DNA from: Bacilli bacterium
Lineage (GTDB): Bacteria; Bacillota_I; Bacilli_A; RF39; UBA660
Assembly: GCA_036648855.1 (NCBI GenBank)
Contig: JAVWCU010000001.1
Coordinates: 3,121-67,120, forward strand
DNA: 64,000 nucleotides
Direction: 5' to 3'
Shown: positions 7,836 through 17,895 of the stretch, one piece after another
Position numbering within the stretch: position 1 is the stretch's first letter
Layout of the letters: each line of letters begins with the position of its first letter
Notes under the pieces: model-generated
What the model saw: only the letters and a program-made list of their open reading frames with translations
Database searches by the model: none
Told to the model about the DNA's origin: nothing
Made by a program: the position numbers and the translations under genes

Positions 7836-9323
7836 TTAGAACGTAAAACGTGCTCCTCTCATAGATTTGCTTGACATAACTGCTTTTGGTTTTTCTTTAT
7901 CAACATCACCTACCCTTTCGTCATTATTATTTTTCGCTTTTTGAGCAGCTACCATAGCTTCGAATTCTTCTTGTTCTTTACGATCTGCTTCAATAGATTC
8001 GTTGTGAACTTGTGTATTCTTCACTTTCTCTTGTTCCTCAACATTTTGGAAAGCTATAACATCTTTTTGGTATTGCTCATACATCTTGCTAACAAATCTA
8101 GCTATTGGTTCAATTACTTTACTATGAGCATTTCCTTTTTGCCCTTTCATTAAACTACTTAAATGGTATACAACAGGTATATCATTAACAGCAGGTCTCC
8201 AAGTCCATAGCATAATTTGATTTCTCTTCTTATCTATTTCATATCCACTGTATAGATCATTGCTATTAAATTTACATACACCTTCAGCTGCGTGCACTCT
8301 AGCAAAATATCCTCTTCTATATCCTTCTTTTAAATCAACAGTAACAGGTGATACAAGTACTTTATTTTTAGGATGGCCAATCTTAACTAGCTCTTCTTTA
8401 TATAAAGCAACATCAGCTTCTGTTATTTCAGTATCAAAAGTCTTAGGAATAATAGTTATATTCTCACAACTTGGACTAGCCATTATAAAATGTTTTTCTG
8501 TAGAATATAAACACTCTTCATTCTTTCTTGACTTGAAGCTTGAAACCTTTTGTAATATATCTGATTTAGTTTCTACAATTACTATTTCAGACACGTGATT
8601 TACTTTCATTGCTTCTGGTTCAACTGTTTTAGTTTGTTCTTCTTCTAAACTAGACGCCTCTAACTCAGCAGCTATTCTTTCATCTTCTATCTGTCTTAAA
8701 ATTTCTTCATCTGTCATAACAGGCTTATTATTTTCTATTGGTTTATCATTTTCTTCTACATTATTTAATTTAATTTTTAGTTTTGAACATTTACTTTGGA
8801 ATGTTTCAGAACTCTTTTTATATGTATCAGCTTTAGCATTAGCTTCTTCTAATTGTTTCTTTAATTCAGCCATAGCATCATAACAATCACTTAACTCATC
8901 TTTAGTATTTACTAATGCACAATCTAATTGATTCACTTGTTTCTTTAAATCTGCTATTTCATTTTTGTTTGTTAATGTTACATTATTTGATCTGAATGAC
9001 TGTAATTCTTCTTTTAAATCTTTTTTATCTTTTGTTAAGCTTTTTATTTCTAACTTTAATTCTTCATTCTTGTTCTTATATTTAGTAGCTTGACCTCTTG
9101 CAGTTTTAAGTTCTGACTTAATAGCATTTAACTCATCTATTTTATTAGCTAATTTTACTTCTAAATCATTTGATACAGTAACAACTGGTGTAGATTCTAA
9201 CATATCTATGCAACCTAATAATTCTAATTCTTCTCTTAATCTTATTATTCTTATTTCCGCTAAGCTTTTTCTTTCTTGTGTTTGTCTTTCTAATAACTCT
9301 ATTATCATCATATCTGTATTCAT
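7836..9323 (-). CDS. hypothetical coiled-coil protein (495 aa)
   Basis: AAGGAGAA RBS upstream of ATG 9323. TAA stop. The N-terminal 230 aa are Lys/Glu/Leu heptad-rich. The C-terminal globular domain contains GYRRGYFARVHAAEG. Confidence 0.6.
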   Translation of the reverse strand: MNTDMMIIELLERQTQERKSLAEIRIIRLREELELLGCIDMLESTPVVTVSNDLEVKLANKIDELNAIKSELKTARGQATKYKNKNEELKLEIKSLTKDKKDLKEELQSFRSNNVTLTNKNEIADLKKQVNQLDCALVNTKDELSDCYDAMAELKKQLEEANAKADTYKKSSETFQSKCSKLKIKLNNVEENDKPIENNKPVMTDEEILRQIEDERIAAELEASSLEEEQTKTVEPEAMKVNHVSEIVIVETKSDILQKVSSFKSRKNEECLYSTEKHFIMASPSCENITIIPKTFDTEITEADVALYKEELVKIGHPKNKVLVSPVTVDLKEGYRRGYFARVHAAEGVCKFNSNDLYSGYEIDKKRNQIMLWTWRPAVNDIPVVYHLSSLMKGQKGNAHSKVIEPIARFVSKMYEQYQKDVIAFQNVEEQEKVKNTQVHNESIEADRKEQEEFEAMVAAQKAKNNNDERVGDVDKEKPKAVMSSKSMRGARFTF

Positions 9324-9366
9324 TTTAATTCTCCTTAGTTTTTAAATTATTTTTATATTTTTGTAT

Positions 9367-9395
9367 TAAAAAGAGACATAGATATCTATGCCTCT
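9367..9395 (-). terminator. rho-independent terminator after 9406..11484
   Basis: plus-strand AAAAGAGACATAGATATCTATGCCTCT. The minus-strand RNA forms a palindromic CAUAGAUAUCUAUG stem followed by a UCUUUUU run. Confidence 0.5.
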
Positions 9396-9405
9396 AATAT
9401 TTATA

Positions 9406-11484
9406 TTACTTTGCTATTAATATAGCTCCAACAGGTGTAGCTATTGTGTTAACAGCTTTTGCATTACTTAATTTGTCAGTTAAATAAAAATCATTTATGT
9501 CGCCTAACATTCTTCCATAGCTTTCTTTTCCTTCTTCATTTAACTTAGTCATATACATTTTATTGTCACCAGAATGCATTTTGAATTCTGCATCTAGTAC
9601 AAATTGCATATAATTGCTCCAATTAGCTAATGGTTTAGCTAACTTTTCTGCAACAATCTTTAAAGCTATGTCATCAGCATTTCTTGGAGCAGTATCTATA
9701 AGCTTAGATCTATTATATACCCTTGAATATACTGTCTTATCTTGCTCATATAGAGATGTCATTTCCATTATTAAGTCCTCTGATAATACATTGTCTTCCA
9801 TTGCTACATTAGATATAGAATCAAATAAGAAGTATTGAACTTCTTCAAATACATATGGATTTATATATTCTTTAAATTCTAAATATCCTTCTTCATTTAC
9901 TTTAATAATAATTGGACCTGTAAAATCCTCTTTATCTATTCTTAAAGCATACATCTCGCCACCATCATTATCCATACCTATATATGCTTGACCTTTATTA
10001 AATTCTAATAATTGTCCATCACATATTGCATCTTCAACTTCGAATATAGTTTCTGGTAATTCTATATCTACATTCTTAGTCATCTCAGACTTGTTAAAGT
10101 GACATTTTAATTCATTAGAGAATAAAGCTTCAACGGCTTTAAATCTATAATTTGAATTAGGCATATTATTTCTATAGAACCATCCAGCATTTACTGCTAT
10201 AAACATAGTATCTTGAGGTGAGAATCCTCTAATTTTACCAGCAGTATATATTACATTTCTACCAGTCATAGCTAATTCTTCAACTTTAGTCATAGATACA
10301 AATTTGTTATATTTAAATGTAGAATTTATCATCTCCATTATAATTACAGCTATTTCTTGAATTTCATTTACGGCTTCTTTTATTTTTACTTTTTCATTTG
10401 GATCAGTTATTCCAACAGTATATGATTTATCAAATTGACTAAATAAATTCATATTAGAAGCACTGTAATGAACATTTACTAATTCCTCTAAGTAATTGTT
10501 TAAATGCTTTATCATACCTTCAGATACTTGAGAAATAGGATCTACTATTACACATTCTTTTAGTAATTCAGCTCTCATTTTATAAAGATCTTTATCTGCT
10601 TGCTCTTGTGTAACTATTAAGTTTCCTTTATTATCTTGATTTGACTTATAGTATCTTTCAGTATTCTCTTTAACTAGTTTTTCATAATCAAATAATAAAG
10701 GTCTATCATTTAATATTTCATGTTTAAATTCATCAACATCATTATTTATATAACCCTTTTTCTTAGATATTATGTCGTTAAAGTTATTTTGAGTTGATAA
10801 ATTTCTAGATTTAAGTATCATTTCATCTGACATGAATTCTGATATCTCTAATAGTCCTTTTTTCAATTCAGGTTTCTTAGCAGCATCTATTTCTATTTCT
10901 GACATAACAGTTGCTATTATTCCTAAGTCTTGCCCAATCCTTACTAAGTCTTCTTGAGATGCTTGTCCTATATTAGCTATAGCTTCAGCGAATTCATTAA
11001 TTCTTTCTTTAACAGCTAAAAGAATCAATTGCTTTCTTCCATCTTTAGAAGTAACTTTTATGAATTCTTCTTTTTTAAATATCTTGTCGTATCCTACATT
11101 GATTCCTGTTCCAAACTTTTTAAATACTTTAGTAATTTTTGTGTTACATACTCTATCAGTACCTGGAACTAAGAATTGTTGATTCAATTCATTATCAACT
11201 AAAGTATCTGCTATTGATAAAGATACTATTATTAAACCAATTTGAGAACCTGCTGAGAAACTTATCTTAGCTAAAGCAGCAACAACTCCTATTTCATTGT
11301 TAGCTTTGCATAGTTCCATTAAATTTAATTCCATTTGTTCAAACTTACTACTTCTTAATACATTAACAGCTTGTAAATCATTTTCCATTTGTGTAGTTAA
11401 ACATTTTAATACATCAGTTTGATGTTGGTTATTAGCTTTTTCTTTAAACATATTGAATCCTCTTTGTTGTATATTAGTGTTCAT
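9406..11484 (-). CDS. hypothetical protein (692 aa)
   Basis: GAGGAGAA 7 nt upstream of ATG 11484. TAA stop. No in-frame TGA. No motif recognised. Confidence 0.6.
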   Translation of the reverse strand: MNTNIQQRGFNMFKEKANNQHQTDVLKCLTTQMENDLQAVNVLRSSKFEQMELNLMELCKANNEIGVVAALAKISFSAGSQIGLIIVSLSIADTLVDNELNQQFLVPGTDRVCNTKITKVFKKFGTGINVGYDKIFKKEEFIKVTSKDGRKQLILLAVKERINEFAEAIANIGQASQEDLVRIGQDLGIIATVMSEIEIDAAKKPELKKGLLEISEFMSDEMILKSRNLSTQNNFNDIISKKKGYINNDVDEFKHEILNDRPLLFDYEKLVKENTERYYKSNQDNKGNLIVTQEQADKDLYKMRAELLKECVIVDPISQVSEGMIKHLNNYLEELVNVHYSASNMNLFSQFDKSYTVGITDPNEKVKIKEAVNEIQEIAVIIMEMINSTFKYNKFVSMTKVEELAMTGRNVIYTAGKIRGFSPQDTMFIAVNAGWFYRNNMPNSNYRFKAVEALFSNELKCHFNKSEMTKNVDIELPETIFEVEDAICDGQLLEFNKGQAYIGMDNDGGEMYALRIDKEDFTGPIIIKVNEEGYLEFKEYINPYVFEEVQYFLFDSISNVAMEDNVLSEDLIMEMTSLYEQDKTVYSRVYNRSKLIDTAPRNADDIALKIVAEKLAKPLANWSNYMQFVLDAEFKMHSGDNKMYMTKLNEEGKESYGRMLGDINDFYLTDKLSNAKAVNTIATPVGAILIAK

Positions 11485-11551
11485 TTTTATTTTCTCCTCG
11501 GGACTTTATCTCCCATACCATTTATAATTTTTGTTTTTGTAATTTAAATAT

Positions 11552-11581
11552 AAAAAAAGAGGATGCATTAAATACATCCTC
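11552..11581 (-). terminator. rho-independent terminator after 11593..13773
   Basis: plus-strand AAAAAAAGAGGATGCATTAAATACATCCTC. The minus-strand RNA forms a GAGGAUG/CAUCCUC stem followed by U7. Confidence 0.6.
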
Positions 11582-11592
11582 ATAAAATATTA

Positions 11593-13773
11593 CTATTGAA
11601 CAGTTTTCTTAATAGTTACACCATCATTATCAGCGTTCTTTTCTAATAATATATCAACTAACTCTTTCTCAAATACTGTTGCAACACCATCATAATCTGT
11701 ATCCATACCAGCTAATCTATGCTTAACAGTATTATTTGGAGCCATTTTTATTACACCATAAGATGTATTTATAAAGTAATCTAATAAAATAATCTTTTCT
11801 TTATCAGATAATACTTCTAATTCAGTTATTCTCTTAACTAATCTATCTTTAGTTAAGAATGTCATTATACAATTTTCATCAGCAGATGGAGATGGATATT
11901 TGAATGTTACACCAGTTAATAATTCATCTATTGCTTTATCTTTATTAACTATCGAATCATCAGCCATTATTTCAGCTATTTCATCTTGGAATCTTAATTC
12001 TACATCATAAGAATAAGCTTCTAATCTTCCAGTGTTTTCATTAGCACCTAGTACACCATCAATCTTACCCTTTGTTAAGAAGAATGAGCAATCAAATAAA
12101 GCTCTTAAGAATACAGCATCTATTTCTATCTTAAACTTTTGTATTTGTGATTTTATTTGAGTTAACTCTTGCTTTATGTAGCTTTCTAATGCAGCTTCAT
12201 TTATTAAACCGTCTTCTACATATCTGAAGATGAATTGGGCTAAAGAACAATTTTTAGCATTTACATCTCCATTCATTAACTCATCTACTCTATTGTTATA
12301 TTGCTTATCTATTAAATTAATTAAAACTTTCATAGCTTTTTCTTTATTAGCATATATAAACTTTTGTAACATTTGACTTGCAGTTTGAGTAATAGAGCAT
12401 TTAGCTATATCTAATAAATAGTTTTGGAAACCACCATTTACTATTGCTTGTAAACTTACGTCTTTTAATGTTTTACCACCATTTCCATCTATTATCATAC
12501 CTAAACAATTTTCATTACCAACTATTATTAAATCATAATCAGCTTTGTTTAATTTAGATACGTCTGTACCAGCAGCTACTTTAAGTATTCTCTTGTTGTC
12601 TACAGTATCAATTAATACATCTTTCATATGTTGCATAACATCTTGACTATTAGCTTCACCAAATATTTTAGTAAATACTACATTACATCTAGCTTGTATA
12701 GCTAATAAAGCTGCTTGTGCTTTACTTATCTTTCTTCCAAGTAAAGCACACATATAAACCATATATTCTACAGAGAAGTATCCAGCACCATCATATGTAT
12801 TTCTATCTATAACAATATTGTTCTTTTCTAATTCTTCTAAAGCTTCAGGCATATAATCTTCTGGTCCTTCTATTTCTCCCATGTATATAACAACACCGAA
12901 TTCAGAATTTCCAAGTGTACCTGCTTCAATGCAAGGTGTACCAAGTTGTCCTATTCTTTTAGCAAATTTCTTAAGCTTGCCTATAGAATTCTGTACTGCT
13001 GTTGCTAAAGATAATGCAAATCCACCTACTTCATCTATTATGTCACAAGCTATCATGTTATCTACTGATGTAAACATAGCAGTTTCATTTCTTTCGTTAG
13101 ATGGAGACCAACTTATTATATTGTATGTCATTATATTATCTTGCTGATTTTTAGATTTACTAAAGTATACGTTATCTTCATCATCCAAACTAATACCTTT
13201 AGTCATAATGCTATTAATAATCTTATCTTTAGTATCTTTCATTGTATTTTTCTTGACTTTTAGATTTTTAAATTTAGTTTTCTTAAATACATTTTTAATA
13301 TCTCTATCTAACATAGAAAAATCTAATGTAGCTATAGAAGCTGCTTCTATATATCTTTTATCTGAATACGCATCTATATCACCGCATCTAACATCATATT
13401 TAGGTTGTATAGAATTGTTTTCTTTATCGTATTCTGATATTTTTATTGTACATGCTTCATTTACTTGGTCTTCTCCAGTGTATGCAACTAATGCTCTAGT
13501 GTATGGATTATTAGAACCTAACATGTTAAATGCTTCACCTTTTACAGCATAATTACCTTTAGTTCCAACTCTCTCAGCTCTTATCATTATACATTTTGTA
13601 ACATAACCTGTTTCGTATATAGAACTTGTTAATACTTTTACTAATGCTGCATGTCCTTTAGGTGATAATGTACCTCTTACTGGTATTGATAATCCATTAA
13701 TTATACTATCTACTACCTTTTGAATCTTTTCTGCCATTGATACTTTTCTGTTGTTAAATAAATAGTTGTTCAT
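11593..13773 (-). CDS. hypothetical protein (726 aa)
   Basis: AGGAGGAA 7 nt upstream of ATG 13773. TAG stop. No in-frame TGA. No confident motif; GNGGKT is not a canonical P-loop. Confidence 0.6.
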   Translation of the reverse strand: MNNYLFNNRKVSMAEKIQKVVDSIINGLSIPVRGTLSPKGHAALVKVLTSSIYETGYVTKCIMIRAERVGTKGNYAVKGEAFNMLGSNNPYTRALVAYTGEDQVNEACTIKISEYDKENNSIQPKYDVRCGDIDAYSDKRYIEAASIATLDFSMLDRDIKNVFKKTKFKNLKVKKNTMKDTKDKIINSIMTKGISLDDEDNVYFSKSKNQQDNIMTYNIISWSPSNERNETAMFTSVDNMIACDIIDEVGGFALSLATAVQNSIGKLKKFAKRIGQLGTPCIEAGTLGNSEFGVVIYMGEIEGPEDYMPEALEELEKNNIVIDRNTYDGAGYFSVEYMVYMCALLGRKISKAQAALLAIQARCNVVFTKIFGEANSQDVMQHMKDVLIDTVDNKRILKVAAGTDVSKLNKADYDLIIVGNENCLGMIIDGNGGKTLKDVSLQAIVNGGFQNYLLDIAKCSITQTASQMLQKFIYANKEKAMKVLINLIDKQYNNRVDELMNGDVNAKNCSLAQFIFRYVEDGLINEAALESYIKQELTQIKSQIQKFKIEIDAVFLRALFDCSFFLTKGKIDGVLGANENTGRLEAYSYDVELRFQDEIAEIMADDSIVNKDKAIDELLTGVTFKYPSPSADENCIMTFLTKDRLVKRITELEVLSDKEKIILLDYFINTSYGVIKMAPNNTVKHRLAGMDTDYDGVATVFEKELVDILLEKNADNDGVTIKKTVQ

Positions 13774-14149
13774 TTTTATTTCCTCCTGTGACTAACTATT
13801 CTTAGCTAGTCTACCTAATTAATTTTTTGTTTTTATATTTTAATTTTAAATTGTTGCCTTAATACATTTTGAAACTATTAGCTGCCTTCGTTATGACAAT
13901 ATCAACAAAGTATGGCCTCTCCCCCAATATTACTCCCTAAATGGAAGTTGCATGGAACTGCTGCCAGTAATGTCATAACTGAGTTGATGCTTAAAGATAT
14001 TGCCATTGTCATGAGATTAATAAGTAACATTGTTGAATTTACCTTTCTTGATTTATTAATCCCCCCCATTGGTGCTACTAATGTATTAACCACATGCAAG
14101 TCGTAGCTCCTAGCAAGTTTTCCCCAATGATTAATACGATTGTCAAGCC

Positions 14150-14211
14150 TGTATAGGTGTCCAAAACTATTTATTAAATAATATTAATAAACACTTCAAG
14201 ACACCTATACA
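14150..14211. repeat. perfect 12-bp inverted repeat TGTATAGGTGTC ... GACACCTATACA separated by a 38-nt AT-rich spacer
   Basis: read directly from the sequence. Lies in the 610-nt intergenic region between 11593..13773 and 14384..14884. Confidence 0.7.
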
Positions 14212-14383
14212 TGACGTCTTTTAAACTTATGACCCCCACTAACATTGTCAGTTTAAAATTTTGACTAATTATTACAATCTAAATTGTGTAATATTTCCAA
14301 TGTTGAAGATTAGTAACATAACCTATATGATGTTGGTTATGACATACCGTGTTGAATTTTATTTTGTAATAGAGAAGCTATAG

Positions 14384-14884
14384 TTATAGTTCCTCTTGTT
14401 TTTCAAAGCTTGTTCCAAAGATATCTAAAAGATCAGTTTTAGTAACATTCCATTCTCCATTTGGATTGTATACTTCTACATAACCTTTTTTAACAAGATC
14501 ATTAAAGAATGATTTGAATGTGATCTCGCTATTAATTCTTTTAATTAATAAGCCTTCTCTAAGTAGATCCGAAATAGTTCCACATGCTATGTTAAAATGT
14601 TTATAATTTAATTCATAAGCATGAGAGTAGTCTAGCATCTTGTTTCGAAAATATTCTACCTCGTCTTCTAGCTTTTTAATTCTGATTTCCATACCTTGTT
14701 TTGATGATTCAAGACTGCAAATCTTTGTTTGTAAATTTCTTTTTAGAGCTGATGTTTCTCTTTTGTGAGTATAGTTTTTCATGTTCTTAGCCATCTTTCT
14801 AATATTGATAGCTAGACAAGTAGTAACAAGGCTTAATAGCCCTGTCACTACTATAAGTATCATACATAATACTTTATAATTCAT
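14384..14884 (-). CDS. membrane-anchored coiled-coil protein (166 aa; N-terminal TM helix)
   Basis: GGGAGGA RBS upstream of ATG 14884. TAA stop. Hydrophobic N-terminus LCMILIVVTGLLSLVTTCLAI followed by heptad repeats. Confidence 0.55.
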   Translation of the reverse strand: MNYKVLCMILIVVTGLLSLVTTCLAINIRKMAKNMKNYTHKRETSALKRNLQTKICSLESSKQGMEIRIKKLEDEVEYFRNKMLDYSHAYELNYKHFNIACGTISDLLREGLLIKRINSEITFKSFFNDLVKKGYVEVYNPNGEWNVTKTDLLDIFGTSFEKQEEL

Positions 14885-14915
14885 AATTGTTTCCTCCCAA
14901 ATATAATATTAGAAT

Positions 14916-15101
14916 CTAGTTGTTATTCACTAAAGCGATTAATCGTCTTAGATTATATTCAGCTTCTTCTATTATGTCAGATCCATAGTTGTCTATTAAA
15001 TCAGATTTTTGTTCATCATATATTCCTAAGTCTACAAGACGTAATACTATATGCTTCACTTCATCTAATTCATCTTTGTATCTGCTGGCAAGGACTCTCA
15101 C
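14916..15101 (-). CDS. small acidic hypothetical protein (61 aa), GTG start
   Basis: AAGGAGGA 7 nt upstream of GTG 15101. TAG stop. Confidence 0.4.
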   Translation of the reverse strand: MRVLASRYKDELDEVKHIVLRLVDLGIYDEQKSDLIDNYGSDIIEEAEYNLRRLIALVNNN

Positions 15102-15198
15102 TATACTATCCTCCTTTCTTTTTTATCTGTTTCGTCTTAATTTTCAAAGACTCATCAGGGAGCATCTACACTCCGACAGATAAGAATCAATAGCCAAA

Positions 15199-15741
15199 TT
15201 ATCTTCGACTATTAATTCTTTTAGTAGTTTTATATTTTTCAAAATATATATATTCACTTATAGAATAAGCTTCTATTTCATGAAGTCTTTTTTTATACTC
15301 TTTCTCATAATCAAATTCATATCCTGGTATACGATATTGAGCGGCATGTATTAATTCATGTATCAACGTTAATTCTCTTTCTTCATCATTACAATACTCA
15401 GCTATTTCTATAGAACGATACTCGGCAATTCCTCCTAGCCTTTCATCTTCTCCTATGTCATCTTTAGAGTACATTAAATCTCTTTCATCAAATACTTTAA
15501 ATAAATCAACTTTAGGTAATTCAAAGCTAGATTCTAATAAATTGACAGTATCATAAGTATTTTCTTCTTCGTTGAAGTAAGTAACTTTTACATTGTTTGC
15601 TACCATTATAGATAAGATTTTTATCATTTTGTCTAATACAACATCACATGGTTGTGAAATGTAGTATTTTGTTAATGCATTCACTTCAGTACATAATTCA
15701 ACATTTGTTCTAAAATCTTGTTGCATAATTCTTCTTCTCAT
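15199..15741 (-). CDS. HExxH zinc-metallopeptidase-like protein (180 aa), ImmA/IrrE/SprT-like
   Basis: motif LTLIHELIHAAQY. AAGGAGAA 6 nt upstream of ATG 15741. TAA stop. Confidence 0.6.
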   Translation of the reverse strand: MRRRIMQQDFRTNVELCTEVNALTKYYISQPCDVVLDKMIKILSIMVANNVKVTYFNEEENTYDTVNLLESSFELPKVDLFKVFDERDLMYSKDDIGEDERLGGIAEYRSIEIAEYCNDEERELTLIHELIHAAQYRIPGYEFDYEKEYKKRLHEIEAYSISEYIYFEKYKTTKRINSRR

Positions 15742-15844
15742 AATATTCTCCTTGCTGTTATTGGCACGTCAGCTTAGCCTATTTTTAAAAATGTTTAAAT
15801 AAACACAAAAAAGCCTAGTAAATTACTAGACTCTATCTATCTAT

Positions 15845-16300
15845 TTAAGCAGCTATATAGTTATAGTTACATGATAATCTTTTAGCTGTTTCATTAGCAT
15901 GTTTTTCATGCCAAGAGTTCTTGTAAGATACCTTCTTACTTCTTAACTCTTTTAAGCTCTTTTTGTATTTATCATGCATATACTTATCTTGATAAGCATG
16001 TGTTAATTCATGTATTATTGTATACACAATATCATCTATACTTCTTTTGTTATCAATGAATATGATAATTCTTTTAGTTAAATCATTATAGATACCATTT
16101 ATATTTGGACTTGTAAAATTCTTTTTATCTTTCGAATTTACAAATATAATCTCTGTATCCAACTTTAAATCTTTTTTAATACAAGTAGCAGTTCTTCTAA
16201 AGACTTTACATTCTTTTCTATCCATTTCATATTGCTTAACCAACATAGTCATGTTAATTAATTGTTTTGTGTATTTTATAGTTGTTTTCATTTTATTCAT
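15845..16300 (-). CDS. HExxH zinc-metallopeptidase-like protein (151 aa), paralog of 15199..15741
   Basis: motif YTIIHELTHAYQD, the same HEL[IT]HA[AY]Q signature as its neighbour. AAAGGAA RBS upstream of ATG 16300. TAA stop. Confidence 0.6.
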   Translation of the reverse strand: MNKMKTTIKYTKQLINMTMLVKQYEMDRKECKVFRRTATCIKKDLKLDTEIIFVNSKDKKNFTSPNINGIYNDLTKRIIIFIDNKRSIDDIVYTIIHELTHAYQDKYMHDKYKKSLKELRSKKVSYKNSWHEKHANETAKRLSCNYNYIAA

Positions 16301-16564
16301 ATTCCTTTTCTAATTGCTTTATTATTATTTTTATTTCTTTTGTTTCTTTTGCTTCCTTAATAGTCATTGCTATTAAGCTTATTGATACGATCATTGCTAA
16401 TACTATTATTAATATCATTGCTACATCTCCTAAGCTCTTTAAGGTATCTCCACCATTATGTTTTTGTATTGACTCTGTATTTTACACTGGCTTGTCACAG
16501 TCCTTGGCTACATTAATACAAATTAGGAAATAAGCTATATAAGCTCATTCCCTAATAACAGTAT

Positions 16565-17083
16565 CTATTTTGTAAGTTGTATATACTTATTTAGTTTTTT
16601 TTCTAAGCTAGTTGAATACAGTTTTAATCTTCTTCCTAGATGATTAGACGTAAAACCGTATTCAATTTCATACTCTTGATATGCAGCTAATAAGTATCTT
16701 ACTTTGTCTTCTAACTTATTTATTGCAATTGTTAGCTCTTCTATTTCAGCTTCTTTAGCTATTTCAGCTTCTTTAGCTAATTTAGCAGCTTCTCTATCAG
16801 CTTCCCATTTAAGGTCCATTTCTGCTAACCAAAGTCTATGAGCTTTATCTCTTTCTATCATATCTAAGAATTCTAAAGAGTTATCTTCTAATTTATCATA
16901 TACTTCACCAATAGAAAGATTGTTTCTTTTAGAATACTTTTCTACTATTTCATAAACAAAGTCTTCAGCTTCTTCTAAACTAATATGTCTATTGATATAA
17001 TCAAATGAACAAATATCAATAGCTATGTTTAAATTATCACTACATTCTTTACTTACTACTGGACTCTTACTTACGTATAACAT
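16565..17083 (-). CDS. hypothetical protein (172 aa) with KEAEIAKEAEIEE repeat and coiled coil
   Basis: ATG 17083 preceded by conserved class II leader (GGAGGTGTATTATG). TAG stop. Confidence 0.55.
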   Translation of the reverse strand: MLYVSKSPVVSKECSDNLNIAIDICSFDYINRHISLEEAEDFVYEIVEKYSKRNNLSIGEVYDKLEDNSLEFLDMIERDKAHRLWLAEMDLKWEADREAAKLAKEAEIAKEAEIEELTIAINKLEDKVRYLLAAYQEYEIEYGFTSNHLGRRLKLYSTSLEKKLNKYIQLTK

Positions 17084-17145
17084 AATACACCTCTATGGTA
17101 GTGGTACGTCATTGCGTATTTTTCCAATCTACCGGTTATATAAAA
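17084..17145 (-). promoter_or_regulatory. conserved class II 5' leader, copy 1
   Basis: plus-strand TAATACACCTCTATGGTAGTGGTACGTCATTGCGTATTTTTCCAATCTACC. About 75 % identical over 55 nt to 17792-17850. Confidence 0.45.
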
Positions 17146-17197
17146 AGAAGAGCAGATTATATCATCTACTCTTCTAATGAACTACTTATTACTACTA

Positions 17198-17791
17198 TTA
17201 GTAATTAATACTTAAACGAATCTTATCCATCTTCATGCTTATGTATCTACATATATCATTTGATAGCATTCCAAATTCATTTACTAATCTTTGATTAAAG
17301 TTAACAAACTCTTCAAAGCTTAACTCTTTAGCATCACATTCAAATGCTTCTATTACTTCATCTATATCAGTACTTAATGATGTAACGTTGTTAGCTATAC
17401 ATCCTTTTAATCTTGATATGTGTAATTCTACTTCTTCTAACTTTTCTTTAGCATAGCTATAAAATACTGTTCCAAGAGTAAGCTTTATAAATGCTTCTTC
17501 TAAAGGGAACTCTATTTTCATTGCTTCTAATCTAAATCCTAATTCATCATATTCATTATTAACAACTGCTTTAGAAAGGTCTTCTATAGCTTGTGCACTT
17601 AATAACTCTATTGTATCTATGATGTTTAAAGACTCATCTATAGTAGATGCTTCTTCATTTCTTACAACTACAACAACATCATTTAAAACAGCAGTAGCTT
17701 TAACAGCTTCTGAAGTTAATAAACTACTTAATACAGGTAAAACAACAACTAAAACAAGACAAACGATTAATACGATTAATACGTTTAACAT
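17198..17791 (-). CDS. secreted or membrane protein (197 aa from ATG 17791; signal-peptide-like N-terminus)
   Basis: ORF-track 17198..17815. ATG 17791 gives MLNVLIVLIVCLVLVVVLPVLSS and has GGAGGTG 4 nt upstream. TAA stop. Confidence 0.55.
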   Translation of the reverse strand: MLNVLIVLIVCLVLVVVLPVLSSLLTSEAVKATAVLNDVVVVVRNEEASTIDESLNIIDTIELLSAQAIEDLSKAVVNNEYDELGFRLEAMKIEFPLEEAFIKLTLGTVFYSYAKEKLEEVELHISRLKGCIANNVTSLSTDIDEVIEAFECDAKELSFEEFVNFNQRLVNEFGMLSNDICRYISMKMDKIRLSINY

Positions 17792-17852
17792 AATACACCT
17801 CCGTGATAGTGGCATGACGTTGCATGTGATTCCAATCTATCTGTGTACATTG
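17792..17852 (-). promoter_or_regulatory. conserved class II 5' leader, copy 2
   Basis: plus-strand TAATACACCTCCGTGATAGTGGCATGACGTTGCATGTGATTCCAATCTATC. Confidence 0.45.
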
Positions 17853-17895
17853 AGATTACTAACCTGCCTACCATCCTCCCAGGTAATCTCTCGTG
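17850..17895. other. large hairpin GAGATTAC...GTAATCTC (8-9 bp stem, 21-nt loop) in the divergent switch region
   Basis: read directly from the sequence. The region 17816-18469 has no credible ORF. Confidence 0.5.

Noticed and set aside
5626-13552. Plus-strand ORF-track entries inside minus-strand genes (5626..5817, 7941..8153, 8260..8598, 9614..9838, 12881..13147, 13208..13552)
   Set aside because: They lie antisense within long RBS-preceded genes and lack RBS. Their composition is typical of AT-rich antisense frames.
13902-14106. Two mutually overlapping small ORFs (13902..14099 minus, 13912..14106 plus)
   Set aside because: Neither has a convincing RBS at proper spacing. They overlap on opposite strands inside a gene-free gap that also holds a long inverted repeat. 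They are more likely non-coding.
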